NCBI GenBank assembly: GCA_963693095.2
Contig: OY843768.1
Coordinates: forward strand, 1,376,001 to 1,440,000
Direction of reading: 5' to 3'
DNA: 64,000 nucleotides
Origin: Cenarchaeum sp.
GTDB taxonomy: Archaea; Thermoproteota; Nitrososphaeria; Nitrososphaerales; Nitrosopumilaceae
The translations under genes were made by a program, and so were the position numbers. A model generated the notes under the pieces. That model did no database searches. It was given only the letters and a program-made list of their open reading frames with translations, and was not told the DNA's origin. Below, in pieces: positions 29,506 to 39,907 of the stretch; position 1 is the first letter of the stretch, and each line of letters opens with the position of its first letter.

Positions 29506-30510
29506 ATGTCGGAGATACATGACCCACGCGGGCGGACCGCCGTCGTCATGGCAGGCTTTGCGCTAGCCTCGATGGCCATAGTCGGCGGGGTCATATGGGC
29601 AACAGTCGACACGGGTGGCGCCTCGCATGGCGCCTGGACGGCGATAGCGTATGCCGCAGGCCTCTCGATGATAGTCCTCCCGTGCACGATGCCGCTAGTC
29701 TTTGTCATCGTGCCGATGAGCATGGGTCGCGGAAACCACAGGGGCCTTGCCATGGCAGTACTCTTTGGGGCAGGCCTAGTCATCACGATAACTGCGTACA
29801 CCGCCGGCGTTGCTGCGCTTGGCGGGGCCGCATCACTAGAGACTGCATCATCGGCAATGTTTGGCCTCGCCGGCGCCATAGCGTACGCGTTTGGCCTCTC
29901 GCAGCTCGGCATAATCTCGATTCGCCTGCCAACGTACACCGGAATGCCGAGGTTCATGCAGGGCCGCGGCGAGCTTGCGCGCTCGTTTCTCATGGGAGTG
30001 CTGCTCGGAAACGCCGGAGTCGGCTGCCCCAACCCAATGTTCTACTGGCTCCTCGTCCACGTCGCCACAGTCGGCAGCGTCGAGCTCGGCGCGTCACTCG
30101 GCGTGGTTCACGGGATCGGCAGGGCAGTCCCGCTCGTCCTCGTCTCGGTCCTCGCAATACTCGGCGTTGACGCAACACGCCGCCTCGTCGGGGCGCGCAT
30201 GAGACTTGAGCGCATCACGGGCGCGACTCTCATACTCCTCGGCGCGTTTCTCGTGATCAATGCGCTTCCATCCGGACACGCATGGTACGAGCAGACAGTC
30301 GTCCATAGCGGGTGGAATGCGCTCATCGCCGGACTCGGCATGCCATCCGAGCTTGCCATGGGGAGCCACGGCCACGACGGGGCGTCGTTCCTGCCGCAGT
30401 GGATCGCACCTGCGCTCCTCGGCGCGCTCATCACCGCGCCGGCCGTGGCGTGGGCACTCGGCCTGGCGGCGCGTCGCGCCCGTGCGGCCCGGAACCCGCC
30501 GGACACATGA
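29506..30510 (+). CDS. CcdA/DsbD transmembrane-domain protein
   Basis: LPCTMP and GCPNP Cys-Pro motifs in TM helices; about 8 TM; His-rich SHGHD loop. Confidence 0.8.
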   Translation: MSEIHDPRGRTAVVMAGFALASMAIVGGVIWATVDTGGASHGAWTAIAYAAGLSMIVLPCTMPLVFVIVPMSMGRGNHRGLAMAVLFGAGLVITITAYTAGVAALGGAASLETASSAMFGLAGAIAYAFGLSQLGIISIRLPTYTGMPRFMQGRGELARSFLMGVLLGNAGVGCPNPMFYWLLVHVATVGSVELGASLGVVHGIGRAVPLVLVSVLAILGVDATRRLVGARMRLERITGATLILLGAFLVINALPSGHAWYEQTVVHSGWNALIAGLGMPSELAMGSHGHDGASFLPQWIAPALLGALITAPAVAWALGLAARRARAARNPPDT

Positions 30511-30600
30511 GCGTGCGGCGGCCAGCCCTTGCCCCACGAGGCGCGATCTGTGCGAGGCCACGCAAACGCATTTAGCACAACCCGTCGCCTCGCGCACACA

Positions 30601-31377
30601 ATGCTCACGAGCATAGAGTCACTCTCCACGGCCATCAATGACGCGCGCACGCTCGTCATCGACGCGCGAGCCTTCTCCGAGTACGCCAAGGGCCACATAC
30701 CGGGGGCAGTCAGCGTCGACCTGTTTTCGCTGCACTGGGTCGACACGACGCCGTCGGGAATAGACGCGTTCACGTCGCACATGCGCCTTGTCCTCTCGAT
30801 GGCCGGAGTTGACGAGACGCGCAAGGTTGTGGTTTATGACAACTCATCAGGCATGCTCGCCGCGCGCGGCGTGTGGCTCCTCCAGTACCTTTCGCATCCG
30901 GACGCGACGATGCTCGATGGTGGCCTGGGCCTGTGGAAGGCGCGCGGACTGGACGTCGAGACTGACCTGCGCGCACCAGTCCCCTCGGAGCTAAAGACTC
31001 CGGCAAACCCCACGCTAATAGCCGGCTATGGCGACATACTTGCGGGTGGAGGATCCCTCGAGCTAGTCGATGCGCGGTCTGCAGACGAGTATTCCGGCAA
31101 GGTCGTTCGCGCCGCGCGTGGCGGGCACATTCCCGGCGCGACTAACATTGACTGGGCCGGCACGCTGAACCCTGACGGGCGTCTTGCGGGACGCGACGAG
31201 CTGGCAAAGGCGTACGGCGTTGCGCGAGACGCGCGGATAGTAACGTACTGCCAGGGCGCGTATCGCGCAGCGCACGCGTACGTTGCGCTAAAGGTTCTCG
31301 GCTATGACGACGTTCGCGTTTACCTTGGATCGTGGGGCGAGTGGGGAAACCGCCGCGAGCTTCCAATAGAGCCCTAG
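30601..31377 (+). CDS. tandem-domain rhodanese / sulfurtransferase
   Basis: GHIPGA x2, LDGG, YCQGAYRA, YLGSWGEW. Confidence 0.94.
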   Translation: MLTSIESLSTAINDARTLVIDARAFSEYAKGHIPGAVSVDLFSLHWVDTTPSGIDAFTSHMRLVLSMAGVDETRKVVVYDNSSGMLAARGVWLLQYLSHPDATMLDGGLGLWKARGLDVETDLRAPVPSELKTPANPTLIAGYGDILAGGGSLELVDARSADEYSGKVVRAARGGHIPGATNIDWAGTLNPDGRLAGRDELAKAYGVARDARIVTYCQGAYRAAHAYVALKVLGYDDVRVYLGSWGEWGNRRELPIEP

Positions 31378-33470
31378 GCGCGCTTCCACGACAGGCGGTT
31401 GTAGACGGTCTCGGGCACGAGTGAGCTGAACGCCGGCGCGCCGCCGTCATACCATTTTGTGAAAAACTCGTAGAGGTGGAGCCTAAGCGACTGTATGTAC
31501 ACGATGAGGCCCTCGATTATCATTATCCCAATGTTGCCCCCGATGAGGAGCGCGAGTGCGGCGCCGGACTCGACACCGCCAAGAGAGTGGAACGCATTGT
31601 TCACGGTGAGCAAAAGGGCCGCATGGACCAGCAGCATGATGCCGATTCGCGCATAGCTTATTGTGTGCGCAAGCGCCTCTATCGTCTTGCCGAGCAGAAC
31701 CTCCATGATGACTGCCGCGGCGCCTCCGCCCTCGTCAGGGTGTTTCTTGGAGTGGAGTATGCCGCCGACCATCATCGTGGCCATCGACGCAATGGCCACA
31801 ACGACGGCAATCCTCGTCATGATCCACACCTGTGCCCACTCGCCCAGAAAGACTGTCACCCACGGGACCGCCTCGGCGTGCGCGCGCGAGTACATGTTGA
31901 TGACGTCATACTGGGCGCCTATGGCGCACATCATGATAACCACGATGCTCCCATAGAGCGTGAGGCTCGGCACGCCCTCCATGTAGGCCGCTATCTTGTG
32001 GCCCGCGAGTATGAGGCGCCTTATGCGCAGGACCATGGCCGCGACGAGGTGTATGATGCCGATAAAGAGCGAGACCTTTAGTATGTCGATGACCTGCTCG
32101 AATGTTAGCTCGGCTACGCTTATCGCGCCGACTAGCCACGAGACAGAGTGTAGCAGGCCGCCCTCGTGGAGGAGCGACTCAAAGGGCTCCAGGTGGTCGA
32201 GGTGGAATCCAAACGCCTCGCCCGCACCGACTCCGGCTATGGCAGCTGACGCGCCGGATATGGCGATGAGCATTCCCCAGCGCGAGAGCGTCCCCTGGCC
32301 CTTTAGCTTGAACAGCAGGCCCATGCCCATCAGGAGGAGGCCGTGGCCCAGGTCGGCGAACATTATCCCGTAGAATATGGGCCACGCAAGCGCTATCATC
32401 GGCGTTGGATCAAGCTCGCCAATGCGCGGTATTCCCTGGCTCTGCGTTATGGGCTCAAACGTGCGCGCAAACCGCCTGTTCTCGAGGAGTGTTGGCGCAC
32501 CGGCGGCAACATCACCACTCATCTCATCCACCATCGCAGCCCACTTTGGGAACGCGTTTGCAAACTTTGATGCGAGCCTTGCCGGTATGTATCCCTGTAT
32601 GACCGCAAACCTGCGCGTCCCGCCGGGCTTTCGCAGCGTCTCTAGGACATCCTTTGCGACGAGGGCAGCCTCTCGCATCGCCGCAATCTCGGCGCGGCCG
32701 GACTTTGATATGGAGGCGAGGCGCCGGCTTATCTCCTTTTGCCGTGCGCGAAGCTCGGCGGCCTTTGAGGCGGCCAGCGCGTGGGCCTCGCTTGGAACCT
32801 GCGGAAATCCCTCGGGTATGCGAAACGGCGCAGCGCCAAACCCGCGCATCACCTTTAGCACGCGCTCCGAGTCCGATGCGGCGCACACGACAAGAAGCCC
32901 GACGCTCTCCTTGGAGCCCAGGTCGAGTCGCAGGACCGTTGCGCCATCAAGTGAGCGCACGACCTCATCGTGATCAGATGCGCCAATGACAAACATGTCG
33001 ACGTAAAAGTTGCGCATCAGGCCAAAGCCGCCGAGGTTGACGCCAAGGCCAGAGGCCGCACCGAGGCCTGCGCGCAGTGCCAGGTACTCCTCAAGTGACC
33101 TGCGCGACTGCGCAAGCTCCTCGAGGAGCTTTGTGGCCTCGCCGATGACGCCGGGCGCGCGCGAGCGCATGTCGGCCATCAGGCCCTCTATCTCGGAGAG
33201 CTCATAGTCGCGCCGGCGAATCGAGGCTCCCTTGAAGAGAATCTCCATAATCCCGACACGCTCGGGTATGCCCAGGCCCCGAGCCGCCTCGTCTATCTCC
33301 TGGAAGAGCTTTTGGGCCTCAAGGAGCAGGTCGTCGAGCTCGGGCGTGACGAGCTCGTCCTTTGAGTCGATCTTGTGGAACCACTCAAACTCGGCCAGGC
33401 GCGAGACTGCCTGCGCGGCCTCTGATCGCGGGAGCGCAAGCGTGGCCAGGCGAAGCTCTGCTACTCCCAA
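31374..33470 (-). CDS. atpI: A-type ATP synthase subunit I (a)
   Basis: DPTP, FYGIMFADLGHG, SYARI, RLHLYEFFTKWY. Confidence 0.96.
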   Translation of the reverse strand: MGVAELRLATLALPRSEAAQAVSRLAEFEWFHKIDSKDELVTPELDDLLLEAQKLFQEIDEAARGLGIPERVGIMEILFKGASIRRRDYELSEIEGLMADMRSRAPGVIGEATKLLEELAQSRRSLEEYLALRAGLGAASGLGVNLGGFGLMRNFYVDMFVIGASDHDEVVRSLDGATVLRLDLGSKESVGLLVVCAASDSERVLKVMRGFGAAPFRIPEGFPQVPSEAHALAASKAAELRARQKEISRRLASISKSGRAEIAAMREAALVAKDVLETLRKPGGTRRFAVIQGYIPARLASKFANAFPKWAAMVDEMSGDVAAGAPTLLENRRFARTFEPITQSQGIPRIGELDPTPMIALAWPIFYGIMFADLGHGLLLMGMGLLFKLKGQGTLSRWGMLIAISGASAAIAGVGAGEAFGFHLDHLEPFESLLHEGGLLHSVSWLVGAISVAELTFEQVIDILKVSLFIGIIHLVAAMVLRIRRLILAGHKIAAYMEGVPSLTLYGSIVVIMMCAIGAQYDVINMYSRAHAEAVPWVTVFLGEWAQVWIMTRIAVVVAIASMATMMVGGILHSKKHPDEGGGAAAVIMEVLLGKTIEALAHTISYARIGIMLLVHAALLLTVNNAFHSLGGVESGAALALLIGGNIGIMIIEGLIVYIQSLRLHLYEFFTKWYDGGAPAFSSLVPETVYNRLSWKRA

Positions 33471-34014
33471 TGTGGCACGCGTCCAGAGTTCTACTTTTTA
33501 ATACCTTTCTGATGTCCTGGACCCCTTTTGGCCCTTTTGCGATCCCAGGGGCACAGGCTGGCGATCGGGGCAGTGTCGGCCATGGGCACCTTGCCCCGCC
33601 AGAACCACCCGCTAGTGGCGCAGGATCTGCGCCCAGGGCGCGCATGTCACGGCAGGCGCCATGTCGGCCGTATGGTCGCCACCGGTGAAAACCCAGGGTG
33701 CGCAGCCAGCCTGCCAGGGGACGGGCACGCCCAGCTGCCATTGAGCACCCCAGGAGGAGCCTCGCGCGCATACGTGGGCAGCCGACGAAAGGAACCGATC
33801 TGCGTTCAAGACATATATAAGAGCCAGCAGTTTGGCGTCCCATGAAGCCCATGTCCGGAAACGACGAGTCTGTCTCGCAGTGACTGCAATGGCATCCTGC
33901 ATCACACCATCAAACCCCCAGACTGTCAAGGTCATGCCCTGCGTGTCGAGAGGCGCATTCACAATGTCCAACAGACGCCATGCGCATAAAACACAAAGCA
34001 GGCGAGGCGGCACG

Positions 34015-34263
34015 ATGACAGAGCCCTCATCAGATTTTACCGCAAGGCAGATAGACTTTCAGGCCACAATCATCAAGGCACGCATGACAGACGTTCTCGG
34101 GGAGATCGACAGTGCGGCACTCGCCAACAACATGGCCATGGGAGGAGCCCAGTTCACCCAGGCTGATGCCGCACTCGCACTTGATGTCATGGAGCGCATG
34201 GTGGACGTTCACATTATCAATATAAAGTCCGCAATTGCAGGATATCGGAGGGACAGTGTCTGA
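34015..34263 (+). CDS. orphan small helical protein
   Basis: 82 aa with GAGGCGG upstream; TGATG coupling to next ORF. Confidence 0.55.
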   Translation: MTEPSSDFTARQIDFQATIIKARMTDVLGEIDSAALANNMAMGGAQFTQADAALALDVMERMVDVHIINIKSAIAGYRRDSV

Positions 34264-34541
34264 TGCAAGACGCCGCGAGTCTTGAGGACATAAAACGGGA
34301 GATTGCCGACCTGCATGCACGCAAGGTAGTTGCAACAAGGGCGCACAGGGAAGCCATGCACGACTGTGTCAAAAAGGACGGCTCTCCGGACACTGCGATA
34401 CTAGTCCAGCGACGCGCCGACATCAACAGCATAGAAGCACGGTTGCGCGAGCTAGAGGATCAATACTATCTGATATCCCTCAGGGGATCCCAAAAAAGGG
34501 ATTCAGCAAAAGAAACAGTCGCAAAGGGCGTCAGCACGTAA
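34263..34541 (+). CDS. orphan small coiled-coil protein
   Basis: 92 aa with heptad pattern (LEDIKREIADL, INSIEARLRELE). Confidence 0.55.
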   Translation: MQDAASLEDIKREIADLHARKVVATRAHREAMHDCVKKDGSPDTAILVQRRADINSIEARLRELEDQYYLISLRGSQKRDSAKETVAKGVST

Positions 34542-35148
34542 CGTCGGCGCGCAATCATGGCGCCATTTATGCGAGCGGCCATGGATGCAGCCACAGACAT
34601 CGTGCCACAGCATCGTATCCCGCATGGCATGGACACGCCGATGACTCTGCCCACAGGCGACCCTGTGCGCGTCACGTGATCTCGGTGCGCCCATGGCGCT
34701 TTGCTCAACTGCCGGTTCAGGCCATAGTCGACCCAGCGAGACAGGGGCACTCCTGCGCCAGTGGGGCAGACGGCGTATGGGGCATTTGTGGCCTCCCGGC
34801 ACGAGGCCCCCACGGGTCAGGGCAGCAGGCGGCCATCAGTCCCCGTGGGCCGACGCTGCCGGTGGCAGCCGATTGGGCAGCCTAGCCCCAGGTGGGCGCC
34901 CATGCCATGCGACACCGGCGGGGTCTGGCATTGCATGTGCCACGTGCGCCCATTGGGCCCCCATCACATCAGAGCCACTGCCATGGGTGCAGGATCGCCG
35001 ATCCGCCCGAGCTCGCCGTGCCGACTCTTAGGGCACAGACGCGCACGCGCAGGAGAGGCCGACGCCGGACCAAAATGGGCGCATGATCCGCCCAAACTGC
35101 CAAAAACCAACAAACACTAAAATCTGCGCCATCGGACGTGTGGCCGAT

Positions 35149-35748
35149 TTGGCCTCAAATGTGCCCCTTGAGAGGACGATCAGCACGGTTCTAGAGCAGG
35201 CCGGCGGGGAGCTCCTAGGAAGCCTTGCCGAGTCACACGACGAGGCCCAAAAGGCCCTCGCTGCCTCGCTGCCTGGCCTAGAGGCCGAGTATGACCGCAT
35301 AATATCCGAGGCAGGCAAGGAGGCAGACAAGCTAAAGAGGCAGATCACCGGCGGAGCCGACCTCGAGGCGCGCAATGCGCAGCTCCGCCTCGTCGAGGGG
35401 GCAATCGACAAGGTCTTCGGCGAGGTCGCCTCGCGAATACGCGACGCGTCCCGTGACGAGTCCTACTCACGCCTGATCGCAGGCCTCCTCTCAGAGGCGA
35501 CGACTGCCCTAGGCACGACAGACGTCATCGTCTCGACGAGCGCCACTGACCGCGAGGCAGTCTCGGGTGCCGTCTCGGCAGTCTCAGGCGCCGAGCTTGC
35601 CGCCGAGCCCATAGAGTGCATGGGCGGCCTGCGCGTCGTGACGCGCGATGGCGCGACATCTTTTGACAATACTCTTGACGCAAGGCTGGAGCGCATGAAG
35701 CCTTTAATAAGGAAGGAAATTGCCACGCGCTTTGGACTAGGTAACTGA
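35149..35748 (+). CDS. atpE: A-type ATP synthase subunit E
   Basis: Helical N-terminus, MGG.RV, FDNTLDARL; precedes atpA. Confidence 0.92.
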   Translation: MASNVPLERTISTVLEQAGGELLGSLAESHDEAQKALAASLPGLEAEYDRIISEAGKEADKLKRQITGGADLEARNAQLRLVEGAIDKVFGEVASRIRDASRDESYSRLIAGLLSEATTALGTTDVIVSTSATDREAVSGAVSAVSGAELAAEPIECMGGLRVVTRDGATSFDNTLDARLERMKPLIRKEIATRFGLGN

Positions 35749-35751
35749 GAT

Positions 35752-37521
35752 ATGGCGGTACAGGGCAGAATCGTGTGGATAAGCGGTCCGGCCGTCAAGG
35801 CCGACGGGATGGCCAGCGCAAAGATGTACGAGACAGTCACCGTGGGCGAGGCAAAGCTGATAGGCGAGGTCATCCGCCTCACCGGCGATGTCGCCTTTAT
35901 CCAGGTCTACGAGTCGACTAGCGGCCTGAGGCCAGGCGAGCCGGTCACAGGGACTGGAAACCCGCTCAGCGTCCTGCTCGGGCCGGGAATCATCGGCCAG
36001 ATATATGACGGCATACAGCGTCCGCTTCGCGAGCTCTCAAAGGCATCAGGCTCGTTCATTGGGCGCGGGATCACGACGACTCCCATAGACATGTCCAAAA
36101 AGTACCACTTTATCCCCAGCGTCGCTGCAGGCGACACAGTTGAGCCCGGCAGCATAATCGGATCCGTAAAGGAGACTGACATGATCAACCACAAGATAAT
36201 GGTTCCTCCAGACCATGCGGGCGGCCGCATCACGAGCATTGTGGCCGAGGGCGACTATGATCTCGAGACCGAGCTCGCCAAGGTCGAGGGCGGCGAGGTG
36301 ATAAGGATGTACCAGAGGTGGCCGGTTCGAAAGGCGCGGCCCTACAAGGATCGCCACAACCCAACGATACCGCTGATCACCGGACAGCGCGTCATTGACA
36401 CGTTCTTTCCCATAGTAAAGGGCGGCACGGGCTCGATACCCGGCGCATTTGGTACGGGCAAGACAGTCACGCTGCACCAGATAGCAAAGTGGGCAGACTC
36501 GCAGGTCGTAGTCTATATCGGATGCGGCGAGCGCGGCAACGAGATGACCGAGGTTCTTGTGGAGTTTCCGCACCTAAAGGATCCGCGCACGGGCAAGCCA
36601 CTAATGGACAGAACTGTACTCGTTGCCAACACGAGCAACATGCCAGTCGCCGCGCGCGAGGCGAGCATATACACGGGCGTCACGATCGCCGAGTACTATC
36701 GCGACATGGGCAACGACGTCGTCCTAGTCGCCGACTCGACGAGCCGCTGGGCAGAGGCCCTCAGGGAGATGAGCGGCCGACTCGAGGAGATGCCTGCCGA
36801 GGAGGGCTATCCGTCATACCTGGCCTCGAGGCTAGCCGAGTTCTACGAGAGGGCAGGCCGCGTGCGCGCACTCGGCGGTCCGGACAGGGACGGCTCAGTC
36901 ACGCTCGTTGGTGCCGTCTCGCCGTCCGGAGGCGACTTTACGGAGCCCGTGACGACGCACACGATGCGCTTCATCAAGACGTTCTGGGCGCTTGACGCAA
37001 AGCTCGCATACTCGCGCCACTATCCGTCGATAAACTGGATGAACAGCTATTCGGGATACCTCGGCGACATATCGACGTGGTGGGAAAAGGAGGTCAGCGA
37101 GGGATGGCCCGCGCTGCGCCAGGAGGCATACGGCATACTCCAGCGCGAGGACACGCTAAAGGAGATAGTCAGGCTGCTCGGCACAGAGGCCCTACCTGAC
37201 GAGGAGAAGCTCATACTAGAGATCGCGCGCATGATAAAGATAGGCATACTCCAGCAGAACTCCTTTGACGAGGTCGACACCTATTGCAACCCCAAAAAGC
37301 AGTACATGCTCCTAAAGATAATGATCGCGTTCTATGAGCGCAGCAAGCGCGCACTAGTCGACGGGGCCGGCATTGCCGACATCCGATCGCTTCCGGTGAT
37401 ATCGTCGATACTAAAGGCAAGGATGGAGATAAAGGATGACGAGATGCCAAAGCTAGAGGCCATCCTCGGGACGATGGAAAAAGAGTTTGAGCAGATTCGC
37501 GTGGGGGCAAAGGCGGCATGA
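35752..37521 (+). CDS. atpA: A-type ATP synthase subunit A
   Basis: [34 protein letters not shown]; no intein. Confidence 0.99.
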   Translation: MAVQGRIVWISGPAVKADGMASAKMYETVTVGEAKLIGEVIRLTGDVAFIQVYESTSGLRPGEPVTGTGNPLSVLLGPGIIGQIYDGIQRPLRELSKASGSFIGRGITTTPIDMSKKYHFIPSVAAGDTVEPGSIIGSVKETDMINHKIMVPPDHAGGRITSIVAEGDYDLETELAKVEGGEVIRMYQRWPVRKARPYKDRHNPTIPLITGQRVIDTFFPIVKGGTGSIPGAFGTGKTVTLHQIAKWADSQVVVYIGCGERGNEMTEVLVEFPHLKDPRTGKPLMDRTVLVANTSNMPVAAREASIYTGVTIAEYYRDMGNDVVLVADSTSRWAEALREMSGRLEEMPAEEGYPSYLASRLAEFYERAGRVRALGGPDRDGSVTLVGAVSPSGGDFTEPVTTHTMRFIKTFWALDAKLAYSRHYPSINWMNSYSGYLGDISTWWEKEVSEGWPALRQEAYGILQREDTLKEIVRLLGTEALPDEEKLILEIARMIKIGILQQNSFDEVDTYCNPKKQYMLLKIMIAFYERSKRALVDGAGIADIRSLPVISSILKARMEIKDDEMPKLEAILGTMEKEFEQIRVGAKAA

Positions 37522-38903
37522 GCCAGTCCGGTGGCGTCCAGTACAGCAAGATAGCCGAGATAAAGGGTCCGCTAGTCATAGTTGACGGTGTCGAGAACGC
37601 CGCCTTTGACGAGCTAGTCGAGATAACGGCCGGTGACGAGCGCAGGCTCGGAAAGGTTCTCGAGGTCGGAAACGGCAAGGCAGTCGTGCAGGTCTTTGAG
37701 GGCACGACAGGCCTCTCGGTCGCCGAGACGAGGGCAAAGTTTGTCGGGCGCGCCATGGAGATGCCCGTCTCGCGCGAGGTTCTGGGCCGCGTCTTTGACG
37801 GGCTCGGAAGGCCAAAGGACGGCCTGCCTGATCCTGTCGCTGACAAGTTTGTTGACATTAACGGTGAGCCGATGAACCCCGAGCAGCGCGAGTATCCCAA
37901 GGACTTTATCCAGACTGGCGTCTCGGTCATCGACGGGATGATCACGCTTGTTCGCGGGCAAAAGCTCCCGATATTTTCGGGCTCGGGAATATCGCACAAC
38001 ATACTTGCCGCGCAGATTGCGCGCCAGGCCACGGTGCGCGGCACGGGCGAGGAGTTTGCCGTAGTCTTTGCTGCAATCGGTGTCCAGTACAGCGAGGCCG
38101 AGTACTTTAGAAAGAGCCTCGAGGACTCGGGCGCGCTAAAGCGCAGCGTCCTGTTCCTAAACCTCGCCGACGATCCCGCAATAGAGCGAATCATCACGCC
38201 CCGCGTCGCGCTGACTGTGGCCGAGCACCTGGCATTCGAGCTGGGCATGCACGTCCTAGTCATACTCACCGACATGACAAACTATGCCGAGGCGCTCAGG
38301 GAGATAAGTGCGGCGCGCGAGGAGGTGCCCGGCCGCAAGGGATACCCCGGATACCTATACACTGACCTCTCGACGATATACGAGAGGGCCGGCAAGCTCA
38401 ACGGCAAGCAGGGCAGCGTGACGCAGGTGCCCATACTCTCAATGCCGTCTGATGACATCACGCACCCGATACCTGACCTGACCGGATACATCACGGAGGG
38501 CCAGATAGTCCTGGGCCGCGACCTCTTTAGGCAGGGCGTCTATCCGCCGGTAAACATACTCATGAGCCTGAGCCGCCTGATGAAGGACGGGATCGGCGCA
38601 GACCGCACGCGCGATGACCACCAGGAGATATCAAACCAGAACTATGACGCGTACTCGCGCTCGCAGGAGGTTCGCGCGCTCGCCGGCATCGTCGGCAAGG
38701 CCGGCCTGACTGACATTGACCTAAAGTACATGGATGTCGGCGAGGTCTTTGAGAAGGAGTTCTTGAGCCAGGGCGTCGACGAGAACCGCACACTAGAGGA
38801 GACGCTGAGCATACTCTGGAAGGTCGTCTCTATGCTACCGAGAACCGAGATCACAAAGGTCAAGGACAAGTTCATCGACGAGCACTACGACGGGGGAAAG
38901 TGA
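37518..38903 (+). CDS. atpB: A-type ATP synthase subunit B
   Basis: [43 protein letters not shown]. Confidence 0.99.
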   Translation: MSQSGGVQYSKIAEIKGPLVIVDGVENAAFDELVEITAGDERRLGKVLEVGNGKAVVQVFEGTTGLSVAETRAKFVGRAMEMPVSREVLGRVFDGLGRPKDGLPDPVADKFVDINGEPMNPEQREYPKDFIQTGVSVIDGMITLVRGQKLPIFSGSGISHNILAAQIARQATVRGTGEEFAVVFAAIGVQYSEAEYFRKSLEDSGALKRSVLFLNLADDPAIERIITPRVALTVAEHLAFELGMHVLVILTDMTNYAEALREISAAREEVPGRKGYPGYLYTDLSTIYERAGKLNGKQGSVTQVPILSMPSDDITHPIPDLTGYITEGQIVLGRDLFRQGVYPPVNILMSLSRLMKDGIGADRTRDDHQEISNQNYDAYSRSQEVRALAGIVGKAGLTDIDLKYMDVGEVFEKEFLSQGVDENRTLEETLSILWKVVSMLPRTEITKVKDKFIDEHYDGGK

Positions 38904-38907
38904 CGCA

Positions 38908-39540
38908 ATGTCCTTTGGCCAAAGCGTCGCAGTCACAAAGATAGAGCTCCTAAAGTACAAGCGCTCAAGCCAGGTCGCAACGATGGTTCAAAAGATACTC
39001 GATGACAAGAGAAAGGTTCTCCTAAAGAACATCGAGGAGATGATCGACGAGGCGATGAAGGCGCGCGGCGGCATCTGGGAGCCGCTCCAGGACATTTACA
39101 CGTCAGTCAACGAGTCATACCTCGCGCTAGGCACGCACACTGTCGACTCGGTCGCCGAGTCAACGCCGGCCGTCATGGAAGTCGACGTCAGCGTTCGCCG
39201 CATAGTTGACGTAAAGGTGCCCACGCTAAACGTCACTGAAAAGGACACAAAGTCAGCACCCTATGGATTTGCCGACACAAACGCATCGATGGATCGCGCT
39301 ACAAAGCAGATAAAGGAGCTCCTACCGAGAATCTGCAAGGCCGCCGAGTATGAAAACTCGATATTCAGCCTCGCCAAGGCGCTCGAAAAGACGCAAAAGC
39401 TCCTCAACGCCCTAGAGAACGTCATAATCCCGCAGTACCAGCAGCGCATAAAGTTCATCGTGTCGGTCCTCGAGGAGCGCGAGCGCGAGGAGTTTGCCAA
39501 GCTCAAAAAGGTAAAGGCGGCAATGGAGAGGCGCAAGTGA
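38908..39540 (+). CDS. atpD: A-type ATP synthase subunit D
   Basis: TKIEL, L.DKR, NALENVIIP, LEEREREEF.KLKKVK. Confidence 0.96.
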   Translation: MSFGQSVAVTKIELLKYKRSSQVATMVQKILDDKRKVLLKNIEEMIDEAMKARGGIWEPLQDIYTSVNESYLALGTHTVDSVAESTPAVMEVDVSVRRIVDVKVPTLNVTEKDTKSAPYGFADTNASMDRATKQIKELLPRICKAAEYENSIFSLAKALEKTQKLLNALENVIIPQYQQRIKFIVSVLEEREREEFAKLKKVKAAMERRK

Positions 39541-39542
39541 CC

Positions 39543-39674
39543 ATGGCGCGCGACGCCATAGCGGGGATGCTCGGCGAGGCCGGCAAGGCACTAGAGGCCG
39601 AGCACGGCGCGCTGCGCACCGAGATCAAGTCTGGCCTCGAGGGCCTCAAAAAGAAGGCGTTATCAGGGGCATGA
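39543..39674 (+). CDS. small helical protein after atpD (possible ATPase accessory subunit)
   Basis: MARDAIAGMLGEAGKALEAEHGALRTEIKSGLEGLKKKALSGA; 2 nt after atpD stop; below the ORF-track size limit. Confidence 0.6.
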   Translation: MARDAIAGMLGEAGKALEAEHGALRTEIKSGLEGLKKKALSGA

Positions 39675-39907
39675 GCTGCGTGCGGCGCACGGAATCGCGT
39701 GCCGCAGTCGAGGACCGTCTTTTTATAATGACGGCGGCTAGCACAGGTAGATTAAAGTACGGTACGCCTAAAAGGCAGGCGTGAGAGTCACGGGGACGCA
39801 AGCATCGTCAGATCCTGCCGCAGTTCGATGTGGAGCAGACTGGCAAGTTGGCAGATTTGGAGAATATCGAATGTGGGCATTAGGCCAACAGCGGAGACGA
39901 AGGCGCA

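Noticed and set aside
33540-35000. Terminal inverted repeats (MITE/IS) bounding the atp insert
   Set aside because: Only a 7-nt GGCGATC match; no target duplication found
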